DNA of 64,000 nt, taken from positions 24,554,001 to 24,618,000 of the forward strand of contig NC_087250.1 of assembly GCF_037042905.1 (NCBI RefSeq). The letters run 5' to 3'. This stretch comes from Lytechinus pictus (lineage: Eukaryota). The notes below the pieces were generated by a model. That model made no database searches, was not told where the DNA came from, and saw only the letters and a program-made list of their open reading frames with translations. Positions within the stretch are counted from its first letter, which is position 1; the number at the start of each line of letters is the position of its first letter. Below are positions 52,103-64,000 of this stretch, one piece after another. The position numbers and the translations under genes were made by a program.

Positions 52103-53296
52103 TCCTCTTTGGGCAAAAACTAATTTAAGGATGCTTGAATTGCGACTGAAACTTCACATTAAGTATCAAAAATCTTGTACCGTGCAGCATGAAACTTTTA
52201 CCTCATGGATATCCCTTTTACAAGTTCAGCTCAGATTGAAGAAGGTTGTTTATATTTAAATTGAAGTAGGGTGCTCGGTTAAGTTGTATGAATATAACAA
52301 AAACTGTCTACACTGACTTTCAGTCTTGCTGAGATAATTTCTCTCCTTCTTGACACACAAAAATAAAATAAGTTCTCAGTTCAATACAGTTCACTTCACT
52401 GCCTGACTGTTGAACTACTTCCTTTGAAGTTTGTAGATCTACAAGTAACGTTAGTAGGCTTTTTAAGTAGTCATTCAGATTCTTTCATGACATGTCCAAA
52501 GACTGTGTTGAGAAATACTACTAAATACTTGTTTCCATTTCTTTATAACAGGCCTATGTACAAGTCACTTTATTTTCTTCTTGATTTTTCTTCATTTTTT
52601 TCACAAACAAAATCAAACTTCAAATCCTCTCGGGTTATAGGAATAGGTCCACCAAAAATCAAACTTGATGAAGGGTGAAATGTTGCTTACTTGCTTTACA
52701 TTTGCACAAAATAACCAATAACAGTTGAAATCAGCTCCTTGGTAACTTGAAACTGTGTGCTAGAATTCATTGGCTTTATAAGTATAAGTTCTTCAATATG
52801 AAGGAAAATTCTATATCTTGACTGACTGGCATAGACTAGAGAGGTCTATATAGAGTTTATACTTGTAGTTTACTTGTTTTGCAGTAGAAAACTAGAATGA
52901 TGTAAGGTGCCATCTGAATCACTCATGTAGATGCACTGTGTAGTAGCTGTGTGTACAAATCTCCATAGCATAATGTATGGCTTGCATGAGAGTCCAATCC
53001 ACTAACCAGAAAGCCAATTCTAAATCCATGCAATCTTCATAAATCCAGCAGCAAATTCCTTCTTTCTTTCAATTTTCCTTCTAAGTAATGTTTCTAGCAA
53101 CAGATAAACTCAAAATTTTGAAAAAAAATCCAAACTGAACTGAAAAAAAATGAACAAAAAATAACTAAAAATTTGAGCTGTTGAGAGGCACAACCTATCC
53201 ACTTGAGGGCCAACTATCGCGTACTTGAATCCGAATGTAACCCCCATGTCTCTCAAAGTAGTAGGATTACGGGATTATGTTGGAGAAATGACATAC

Positions 53297-53575
53297 CATG
53301 CATACTTGATTTGATGACCTCCAAGTCTTCAGGCTCTTCGTACTCACTCCCATCTGTCCTTTGTTCAGGTGAGGGAATTAGATTCACTTCGAGTTTATGA
53401 AGGATCTCGTCTTCATCTGTATCTTCCTCTTCTTCTTCTTCTCCTTCATCATCTTCTTCCTCCTCATCAATTTCCTTGTCCTGCTCCATCTCTTCTTCTT
53501 CGTGGTGGTGTTCGTCGTGCTCCTGCTCCTCCTCAGTATTATCTTCTTGTTTTCCACCTGCAGGAGCATTATATT
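53297..53575 (-). CDS. Highly acidic linker exon
   Basis: EDNTEEEQEHDEHHHEEEEMEQDKEIDEEEEDDEGEEEEEED; gacag acceptor, GTATGT donor, phase 1-1. Confidence 0.75.
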
Positions 53576-53730
53576 CTGTCACAATACTTTATTGTTGCTT
53601 CCATTATGATCAAAACACTTCGACACAAAAAAAATTGAAGGAATTTTCAGATAACAATAATTTTAGCATACATCAGCACCACAAAAAGGTCCACTCTATA
53701 GATATTTTGTTTGCTTCGAAACAAAGATAT

Positions 53731-56700
53731 TGTGTCAGATGCATAAAAAGTAGTAATTGCTGGAAATCAATTATTTCAAGCACAAGCAACTGCTAGCCAA
53801 GCAAAACACCATACCTTAGTTGCTTTATTTCATATGCATAAACCTTTGTTTATGCCAAAACCCTTTTCTTGCCTTCAGAAGGCAATTGCTAGCAGTTTGA
53901 ACAATAGCGACGTCACGTTGGTGCAAACATGACTCACAGAACAAAAGCGAGAATCGAATGCAAAAGTATACGGCAGTGCAAAATACTGCTTTTCTTCTGT
54001 CTGCCAGTATAACATCTTTTCCCCAGACGTGGTGTAAAACTATTCTTAAAACTCCTTTGTTAGTATTTCATAAATTTATATAGTTGGCATTCAGTTTGCA
54101 CTTACTAGGAAAAAACATGTACAAGTAAAAAGGCTACTTCAAACCTTGGTGTTCTCTCTCAGTTTCATAAACATGACTATACCGAGCATTCGATTCTCTG
54201 CGACTGCAACGTAGCACGTAATTGACCGGAAGTGGTGACACCGCTCGTTCAGTATCACGTTCGTACTTTGAGGATCAGGCGTAGTATCACGCCACGAACC
54301 AGTGCACATCGGGCCAGAATGAGTTGAAAGTGCGCCAAAATTGCATTCCGTGTTATAGTTTTACTTTAACATTTTGATGAAAGGTAATTTTGGGCGTAGA
54401 ATCGACTGAACATAATTTAAAGCCGATATGACGTCTTCTTGATACTAAATTTTGATTGGCTACTTAAAACCTATCTGTGAAAAGACAAATTACGCTAAGC
54501 AATGTGTAGTATATAAACTTTGTGTTATGTGTTACTTGAAGATTTACCTGAGTGAATGTTGGTTTATGCTTCTCACATGACTAAAAAGTGTGTATGAGAT
54601 CCTGAAAATAATGTTATGGCATCAAAATGATCATAAAATAAAAAAATACTTTAAAATCTGAAAATATTAACCGTGTTTTATCAAGCTGTGTAGACCTGGG
54701 TCGAAACGCGGAGTATTATAACACAACGAATGAATCACTATGAGGAGGGTTTGGGGCTGAAATGATTCTACAAGCAACTTTATCTATGGAAGAGGGGTGG
54801 GTATAGCCCTTATATGCGTTATCAACCTTCATTATGTTTTAAATCATGCCCGGAATTCATGTCATTTTCATGGAATTGAAGGGGAATCGACCTCGCCGTG
54901 CAAAAATGAACTGCAATGTACACCACTTACGGTGCGGTGCGATGACTGCGCGGTACAAAAAATATCATTTTGGGGGTGATTTGTCAAGTAAAATCGGCTC
55001 TAACATAAAAACGGGCAATTAAATTTGGTATCAACTTGAAGCAGATACGAACCAATAGCGCCATCTCGAGTCCTCAACTACTCATACTTGGTCAGTTTCC
55101 TGACCCATAATGCTTTTGTAGTCTAGTAGTATAGTCCCACTTGAATGATAACATGTTATTTAACTACTCAACACATTTATACCGCAATAATTATGTTACC
55201 AAGTAGCAAAACAATTACTTTTCCCCTCAAAACATTTTAGCTTATCTATACAAATACAATTATAGGTCAATTCATTCTCTATAGTATAAGTAGATATCTG
55301 AAAACGTATATTTTAAGACTATTTATTTATAACACACATTCAATGAGAGACCAAGCACAGCTCACTCCCCTTTTACAGCTTAGATATCAGAGAAAATGAT
55401 GTTAATATGATTTAGACGGAAATCCAAGGAAATCTAACGTTTCTAATGTAAATGCAAAAACCATGGATTATCAGCCTATTTCGAGGAACAATTATCCTAT
55501 ACACCACCTGAAAGGTGTCTTTTATCTACTTATTTGCACCCTTTTACACGAAAATAAGGATATATCAGGATTATGTGGGAGCCATTTCAGATCCCTACAT
55601 GAAAAACATCTTGTGAAATGGCCTGTTTTTTAAATAGGTTGTCATATACGCGGCATTTCGCAAAATGTCACATTTTATGATTTGAGGTAGGAAATTAAAA
55701 TATTTTGCTGAAGTATTCTTCAACGTGTTGTCTTTCAGCTGGGCATCACAAAAATAAAAAATCTGATATTGCCCAAAATGACTTTTGGCGCACTTTTGTT
55801 TCGCCCTTGCCCACTGTGCGGTGGGGCGACTTAAGGGTGCAGCATTTGCACTATTGCACTTCGAATGCTGAAAAATGTTTTTACCTATGTGAGAACATAT
55901 AACAATATGAATCCCACAGTGCAGACAACAATTTAAAGTGTTATCAAGAGAATGGATCGTTCAACTTCAACAGTTTTATGATAATACACTGAAAAATATG
56001 TATTTTTAGGAGACGCCTAAAAAGCGGAATTCGACTAAGTTAATTGCCGCAACCCTGGTAGGGTCAGGCTGCAATGCCCGCTGAGCGCTGTCTCAAGCTT
56101 AACTCTGGAAGCTGGGTGTGCAAACGTGGCACAAAAGCCGAAAAATACAATTATTCGGAAATATAACATCAATTACCTACCGTCAGACCGTATACACTGT
56201 TAGAAAATGTATTCTTAAAATAAAAGAAGTTCCTGCAGCAGAGTCTCGAGAACACCTGTAATCTTACCAGATTGCGTATTAAATCTTACATTATATCATG
56301 CAAAATTACAGGAAATTGGTATTTGGTGTATGGAACCTTACAAATTTCCTTTAATAAAACACCCTTTTTAAACAGACCTGTTCTGTTTAATTGCATAAAA
56401 ATTGCTGTTTTATGAATTTACAGAATGATTCTGTTAATGCTTTCTGCAAAATCTTCTTTCTTTTTTTCTGTAAAATCAGGGTTTTTTAACAGTGTATGAA
56501 GTAGCTGAAAACATGACACACGGAATGTATTGGAAAAGCTGATAACATGCAATAACTTGCCGTTACCAGCCCTGCTGAATCACTGAAACTCGGATGTTGA
56601 TGCGGCTTCATTCATTTTTCCTCAGCGTGGATGACGTCATCATGTACGAACTAGCGCTCGTTCGAGCACTATGACACCGAACGTCAAAACCTTCAAATAC

Positions 56701-57096
56701 GAGTCACAGTTTTGGGTAGTGAACGAGAGGGCTCGTCACAGATTACTTCGCGCATGCGCAGAGCTCCCAAAATTCTATAATCTCGTACGTCCACATGGCT
56801 CGTCGCAGAAAAACGAAAGGTCTCTATTATAAGACGCGAACGGGCTGATCAAGCAAACGCTCAAGCTGCTCTGAAGAAGCTTGAGAAAATCTAAGTAAAT
56901 GCTTAAACGCACAAGCTAAATGTTCGTTTTAATGCATAGCCTACCCTTTTTAGCACTAGTTTAATCGTGAAGCAAACGCTAGTAGGCAGTTAGCAATTGC
57001 TTGAGCTTACTAGCTTTTGCTTGCTCATTTATATGCACACGGAATCAAGCAAAAGCCTAGCAAGAGCAATTGGTACTTGTTTATGCATCTGACACA
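53731..57096. mobile_element. TIR element containing nested insertions
   Basis: tgtgtcagatgcataaaaagtagtaattgct / agcaattggtacttgtttatgcatctgacaca, with agcaa/ttgct subterminal repeats. Confidence 0.75.
56195..56494. mobile_element. CACTG-ended MITE with TA TSD
   Basis: ta|cactgttagaaaa ... ttttttaacagtg|ta. Confidence 0.8.
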
Positions 57097-57425
57097 TTGT
57101 TTTGTTGAATATTGGACATTGACTATTTTACGCCTGTTTTAGGAAATGAAAAAAATATACAAATTAAACCAGGAAAATTGAAGAATATTTCAACAATAAT
57201 TTAATGTGAAAGGACATGATCTTTTCATTTTATTATTTAGGTAGCATTTCCCACATTCTTTGGAATAATTCTTGCTCACAATAGACTTCAAATGATTTTC
57301 AAATATCTTTTGGGATTATACTACAAACCGTTAAGAAACAAGAAACCTATTTCGGTTACATTCAAACGCTTTTTGCCAAGTATTGATCAAGTTGCAGAAA
57401 AAAATGTGATTTCATACACCCCAAC

Positions 57426-57685
57426 CTTTTACGACATTTTCTTCAGAGGCTTGATTCACAGACTTCCAAACCCTCTTTAACGTCTCCTTTGCCTTGGGTA
57501 CTGATGTTTGGGATGCTTTCCAGCTCGAGAGCATTTGGATGTTAGCGTCTTTTCTGTTATACAATGTCCGGTGCTCGATATGCTGTAGCTCTGATTTTGC
57601 AAATCCGAGTTTTTCACCAATGTCGAAAAACTTATCCGCGCTGATGTGACGGGCAAATGCTAGTAGTGTGGTGTCCGGAATCTCC
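57426..57685 (-). CDS. Death-domain exon
   Basis: EIPDTTLLAFARHI...FDIGEKLGFAKSELQHIEH...ANIQMLSSWK; tttacag acceptor, GT donor. Confidence 0.85.
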
Positions 57686-58328
57686 CTGTAAATTGAGAGG
57701 AATATCGCAGGAACGTTGTATGTATATTGGACCATAAAGGAAAATATGATTGAATGGATTTCATGAAAAAGTTTTGCGTTAACGGTTCTCCTCTCTCTCT
57801 AAAAAAAATAAACGAACAAAAATAAACGAAAAAAAGGAGAAAGTATTCCCAAATATTTGACAATGTAATTATAATAAAAATAATAATATAACAATGGCAA
57901 TAATGATAGTTCTACTATAATACAAACATAAAATAAAACATAATACAAGCGTATATATACAATACAAAATGAATGGGAAATAAAGATCCTATGCATAAAA
58001 AGATATAAATTTCAGGTATACCGGAAAATTGTTTACAAACTATAACATAGCATGATATATGTAGGTAAAAAAATATATATATACTAATAAGTGATAACTG
58101 ATAAGTGATAATGGGGTGTTACTAATGGAGTTTCCCTATTGACCGTTGAAAACTTTTTCTATTTTGGATTAGTCTTTTTAATATAATAAAATAACAAACT
58201 AAAGATACAAACTTACTGAGTAGCTTCGATGTCTTGATGCCGGTAGCCAGACAAGTGACGCAGCAAAAATTGGAACGGAAATAAAGTATTTTTTCTTTAT
58301 TAAAAAATTATTAAGATATTTAATAAAA

Positions 58329-60481
58329 ACTAGATTTTAATTCGTCATGCGGACGAATTAGGTGGTCTGTCATGATTTTTCATTCATTGTCGGCTAATGT
58401 TGTATAAAATGAATCCCGGGAATGAATCATTCAGATATGATTGATAATCTTGATCATAGACATCAAAGGAATAAATTTTGACCATTGCTAAATGTGATTA
58501 TAAATGTAGTGATGACAATCGTGATGATTATAATGATGGTGGTGATAATGCAATATGTTAAATACGAAATAAAGTTAGGACCACGTAAAATGCCGGCTTA
58601 AAAACTCTCCAAAAATCTCAGACGATTTTACCGAAATTGGCTTTCCAAAATTGCGCAATGAAAGGCGCCTTAATTTTCACAGCAGCTAATTTTTAATCGA
58701 CAGTTTGATGTTTTTTATGCAAATTCTTGTTAAAAATTCTTTGTACTTTGAGCATTTTTTTTTAAATTTCACCCACTGACATTTCACAATGTCAGTGGGT
58801 ATTAATTTCACAGAATACTTGAAAATTCATAGGTGATACTTTTTAAAAGCTAAAATATCTTAAATATTTTTGTTCAAATTTTCTGCTACATTTCAATAGA
58901 TTTTAATGAAAAGTTTCATAATGCTATAATTTCACAGCATTCACCTCAAAACTCATGAGTGATGTATTTGATAAAAGAACCAGATTTTTTTGTAAATGTT
59001 TGCCAAATTTCTGAAAATTTTTAAACATTTCAAATAATATTTTCCGTCAAAAATTTTCAATATCCATTTATTAATTGTGTATGACTTTGACATTTACTTG
59101 AAAATTCTTTCTTGATGATTTTTACTGAAAAAAAGTCAGGTAAAAGATTCAAATACTGGCAATTTTCCCGCAAAATTTCGGGAACATGTGTAATTAACTA
59201 AATTGCACAATTTTTTCATTTCACAGAAGGTACCTGAAAATTTGTTATATGTTATATTAAGTAAAAATGAACAAACAGAAAAAAATCCAGGAATTTCCGC
59301 AAAATGTCCGGAATGAAAATTTTCAACCCAATAGCGTTTAAATATTGCAGCGTTTACTAAAAAATACATAAATGATGTTTTACAATGTTAAAATTGCCCC
59401 TTAAAAAGTTCCGGCAAAATTACAAAAATTGTCCTACATAAAAAAATGCAAGGCAAGTGGGCTTGAAATTTTCAGGAAGACTGTACAATTGGTTAATAAA
59501 ACATTTCTCTAAAGAATTTCTCAAAAATTACGTCCAGAAAAAATTTGCAAAAATTTAAACACATCATAACACATTGATGCTGTGGTCAAAAGTCAAAATT
59601 ATTCACACGTTATTTGTAGAGAATTGTCTTCACTATACGATATCAAAATTTGGAAGAAAACTGACCAGTAAAAACGAAGATACGGTCAAGTCATTGACGT
59701 TTGTTGCGGAAATATGTAATTTTCACTAATAACTTAAAATTGACGTAATTACAAAATCTCCAAATGAAATATTGAATATATAAAAGAGTGAGAAAAAATT
59801 TGGGGTCAACGGACTCCCTGAAGAGCTACAGTGAATTTTATATAGGCATATTTTAGCCCATTTACGCGCGCGTAATGCAAATTTGAATGGACGCGCATTC
59901 CCGTATTATTGGTCGTAAGAGGCTGAATGAGGTATCAAATTAATCAGAAGATAATGAACAATGGAAAGACATGAAAGAAATGATGACTCGAAGATGCATA
60001 ACGATGGTAGGTGCAAGAACGCGCACGCATACCTGTGCGCGCGCAAATTCTTGACATGCTCAAAATGACCAGAAACGTACCCAAACTTGACCACGGTCGA
60101 TTTGGGGAAATTTAAAATTTTGACGCGCGCGTACGTGCGCGTCGTGACCTTTGCATGACCTCTGATGATATGTCCTGATGACCTGTCACCTGAACTTGAT
60201 ATGATGCAAATATGGATGATTTTTGATGATTAGTTGCGATGATATGATCAATCATTTAATTTTACAAAATGGCGCCTAGATGACGTCATCATGATTTGAT
60301 AACCTTGAAAAGTTTCCATTCCCATGTCCATAATGATGCCCATACATGACATGAAAATCAAGGAAATTGACATGCACGATTTTGAGATAGAGGTGGACAA
60401 AGATTTGGCAATAAAAATAAATAAAGTAAATTCTGACGAATATAATAGGTGATCTGTCATATTCATGACAGACCACCTAAA
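58329..60481. mobile_element. Non-autonomous Helentron/Helitron2-like (HINE-like) element
   Basis: Left end: hairpin taattcgtc-atgcg-gacgaatta then ttaggtggtctgtcatga (58358-58375). Its exact inverse at 60463-60480 is one arm of a terminal stem-loop. A-runs on both flanks, no TSD. Confidence 0.65.
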
Positions 60482-63400
60482 AAGGACCAAAAAAAAAAAA
60501 AAAAAAAAAAGGGGGTCCAGCGAGGTTTGAACCACCGAACCCTGGTATACCAGTCAGGTGTGTTATCCAGTCGGCCACAGTGTGTTCGACAAGCACAGAG
60601 AGCAAAATAGGAAACATATTGTCAACTTGACATTGAATGTACATTCTTGCAATTCCAAATTGGCATGATGACAAAACTCTACAAATTCTAGTTTTGAGAA
60701 TAGTACAAGCTTTAAAATGAAACAGTGGAGATATTGTCTAAAGGATACATTCTAAGCTAAAACATATTGAAAATTTGGCGAGAACAGACCAAGATTTACG
60801 GAATTAAAATCAATTTAAATGACTGTGGTGACATCATGAAACAGAAAACACTTGTTCTTAGTTCCGACGCCATTTTGATGACGTCACGATGTAATTAAGA
60901 GTCAAATGTGGCATGAAATCATATCTCCTATTCATACTCTATTCGAATATGAAAAGAAAAATTGGGGTCAACGGACTCCCTGAAGAGCTACAGTGAATTT
61001 TATATAGGCATATTTTAGCCCATTTACGCGCGCGTAATGCAAATTTGAATGGACGCGCATTCCCGTATTATTGGTCGTAAGAGGCTGAATGAGGTATCAA
61101 ATTAATCAGAAGATAATGAACAATGGAAAGACATGAAAGAAATGATGACTCGAAGATGCATAACGATGGTAGGTGCAAGAACGCGCACGCATACCTGTGC
61201 GCGCGCAAATTCTTGACATGCTCAAAATGACCAGAAACGTACCCAAACTTGACCACGGTCGATTTGGGGAAATTTAAAATTTTGACGCGCGCGTACGTGC
61301 GCGTCGTGACCTTTGCATGACCTCTGATGATATGTCCTGATGACCTGTCACCTGAACTTGATATGATGCAAATATGGATGATTTTTGATGATTAGTTGCG
61401 ATGATATGATCAATCATTTAATTTTACAAAATGGCGCCTAGATGACGTCATCATGATTTGATAACCTTGAAAAGTTTCCATTCCCATGTCCATAATGATG
61501 CCCATACATGACATGAAAATCAAGGAAATTGACATGCACGATTTTGAGATAGAGGTGGACAAAGATTTGGCAATAAAAATAAATAAAGTAAATTCTGACG
61601 AATATAATAGGTGATCTGTCATATTCATGACAGACCACCTAAAAAGGACCAAAAAAAAAAAAAAAAAAAAAAGGGGGTCCAGCGAGGTTTGAACCACCGA
61701 ACCCTGGTATACCAGTCAGGTGTGTTATCCAGTCGGCCACAGTGTGTTCGACAAGCACAGAGAGCAAAATAGGAAACATATTGTCAACTTGACATTGAAT
61801 GTACATTCTTGCAATTCCAAATTGGCATGATGACAAAACTCTACAAATTCTAGTTTTGAGAATAGTACAAGCTTTAAAATGAAACAGTGGAGATATTGTC
61901 TAAAGGATACATTCTAAGCTAAAACATATTGAAAATTTGGCGAGAACAGACCAAGATTTACGGAATTAAAATCAATTTAAATGACTGTGGTGACATCATG
62001 AAACAGAAAACACTTGTTCTTAGTTCCGACGCCATTTTGATGACGTCACGATGTAATTAAGAGTCAAATGTGGCATGAAATCATATCTCCTATTCATACT
62101 CTATTCGAATATGAAAAGAAAAATTGGGGTCAACGGACTCCCTGAAGAGCTACAGTGAATTTTATATAGGCATATTTTAGCCCATTTACGCGCGCGTAAT
62201 GCAAATTTGAATGGACGCGCATTCCCGTATTATTGGTCGTAAGAGGCTGAATGAGGTATCAAATTAATCAGAAGATAATGAACAATGGAAAGACATGAAA
62301 GAAATGATGACTCGAAGATGCATAACGATGGTAGGTGCAAGAACGCGCACGCATACCTGTGCGCGCGCAAATTCTTGACATGCTCAAAATGACCAGAAAC
62401 GTACCCAAACTTGACCACGGTCGATTTGGGGAAATTTAAAATTTTGACGCGCGCGTACGTGCGCGTCGTGACCTTTGCATGACCTCTGATGATATGTCCT
62501 GATGACCTGTCACCTGAACTTGATATGATGCAAATATGGATGATTTTTGATGATTAGTTGCGATGATATGATCAATCATTTAATTTTACAAAATGGCGCC
62601 TAGATGACGTCATCATGATTTGATAACCTTGAAAAGTTTCCATTCCCATGTCCATAATGATGCCCATACATGACATGAAAATCAAGGAAATTGACATGCA
62701 CGATTTTGAGATAGAGGTGGACAAAGATTTGGCAATAAAAATAAATAAAGTAAATTCTGACGAATATAATAGGTGATCTGTCATATTCATGACAGACCAC
62801 CTAAAAAGGACCAAAAAAAAAAAAAAAAAAAAAAGGGGGTCCAGCGAGGTTTGAACCACCGAACCCTGGTATACCAGTCAGGTGTGTTATCCAGTCGGCC
62901 ACAGTGTGTTCGACAAGCACAGAGAGCAAAATAGGAAACATATTGTCAACTTGACATTGAATGTACATTCTTGCAATTCCAAATTGGCATGATGACAAAA
63001 CTCTACAAATTCTAGTTTTGAGAATAGTACAAGCTTTAAAATGAAACAGTGGAGATATTGTCTAAAGGATACATTCTAAGCTAAAACATATTGAAAATTT
63101 GGCGAGAACAGACCAAGATTTACGGAATTAAAATCAATTTAAATGACTGTGGTGACATCATGAAACAGAAAACACTTGTTCTTAGTTCCGACGCCATTTT
63201 GATGACGTCACGATGTAATTAAGAGTCAAATGTGGCATGAAATCATATCTCCTATTCATACTCTATTCGAATATGAAAAGAAAAATTGGGGTCAACGGAC
63301 TCCCTGAAGAGCTACAGTGAATTTTATATAGGCATATTTTAGCCCATTTACGCGCGCGTAATGCAAATTTGAATGGACGCGCATTCCCGTATTATTGGTC

Positions 63401-64000
63401 GTAAGAGGCTGAATGAGGTATCAAATTAATCAGAAGATAATGAACAATGGAAAGACATGAAAGAAATGATGACTCGAAGATGCATAACGATGGTAGGTGC
63501 AAGAACGCGCACGCATACCTGTGCGCGCGCAAATTCTTGACATGCTCAAAATGACCAGAAACGTACCCAAACTTGACCACGGTCGATTTGGGGAAATTTA
63601 AAATTTTGACGCGCGCGTACGTGCGCGTCGTGACCTTTGCATGACCTCTGATGATATGTCCTGATGACCTGTCACCTGAACTTGATATGATGCAAATATG
63701 GATGATTTTTGATGATTAGTTGCGATGATATGATCAATCATTTAATTTTACAAAATGGCGCCTAGATGACGTCATCATGATTTGATAACCTTGAAAAGTT
63801 TCCATTCCCATGTCCATAATGATGCCCATACATGACATGAAAATCAAGGAAATTGACATGCACGATTTTGAGATAGAGGTGGACAAAGATTTGGCAATAA
63901 AAATAAATAAAGTAAATTCTGACGAATATAATAGGTGATCTGTCATATTCATGACAGACCACCTAAAAAGGACCAAAAAAAAAAAAAAAAAAAAAAGGGG
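59792..64000. repeat. 1162-bp tandem array, at least 3.6 apparently identical copies, running off the window
   Basis: ORF-track period is 1162 (59906/61068/62230/63392); the A22 homopolymer has the same length in all four copies. Confidence 0.98.
60489..60585 (-). other. tRNA-like Pol III cassette with oligo-T terminator, repeated every 1162 bp
   Basis: Minus strand reads gTGGCCGACTGGataacacacctgactggtataccagggttcggtGGTTCAAACCtcgctggaccccc then T22. A and B boxes are present but the cloverleaf is imperfect. Confidence 0.6.

Larger units (their letters stand above)
47900..53205 (-). mobile_element. Full-length CR1-group LINE (~5.3 kb) in an intron, same sense as the host gene
   Basis: ~1.1-kb 5'UTR, PHD/coiled-coil ORF1, APE+RT ORF2, short 3' repeat tail (atccaagtaa)2. 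Ends are approximate and no TSD was resolved. Confidence 0.9.
35520..57685 (-). other. Multi-exon death-domain/ZU5/UPA gene, 3' portion (5' exons not identified in window)
   Basis: Ten GT-AG exons with consistent phases and no internal stops: 57426-57685, 53297-53575, 47460-47750, 46817-47068, 46143-46487, 45756-45973, 37328-37465, 36789-36942, 36142-36169, 35520-35823. Confidence 0.82.

Noticed and set aside
58217..58262. Possible upstream micro-exon of the death-domain gene (good GTAAGT donor, phase-compatible)
   Set aside because: No convincing AG acceptor was found.
60511..60585. Functional tRNA gene
   Set aside because: Acceptor and anticodon stems do not form canonically; kept only as tRNA-like.
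59906..63976. Recurrent 62-95-aa ORFs in the 1162-bp array
   Set aside because: Low complexity (poly-Phe from an A run) with no domain signal; they recur only because the DNA is repeated.

Overview
Repeat-rich, intron-containing animal genomic DNA; the gene families and repeat styles suggest a sea urchin or other echinoderm (inference). (1) 1-3346 is a near-perfect giant palindrome carrying two divergent copies of an intronless C2H2-zinc-finger/acidic gene resembling Maverick/Polinton accessory ORFs. Its axis is a GC-rich branched hairpin present in two mutually inverted forms, and a MITE sits in one arm only. (2) 5693-17350 (-) is the 5' part of a multi-exon ankyrin-repeat/ZU5/UPA gene, disabled by a nonsense codon and an exonic DNA-transposon insertion. 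(3) 35520-57685 (-) holds ten phase-compatible exons of a death-domain/acidic/DD-like/DD-like/ZU5/UPA/death-domain gene, probably the 3' part of a tandem paralogue. (4) A full-length CR1-type LINE with three nonsense codons lies in one of its introns. (5) There are many nested MITEs, long-arm foldback elements and tRNA-derived SINEs. (6) 58329-64000 is a Helentron/HINE-like element whose right part is amplified into an apparently identical 1162-bp tandem array, each unit carrying a tRNA-like Pol III cassette. All calls were made by eye; no searches were run.
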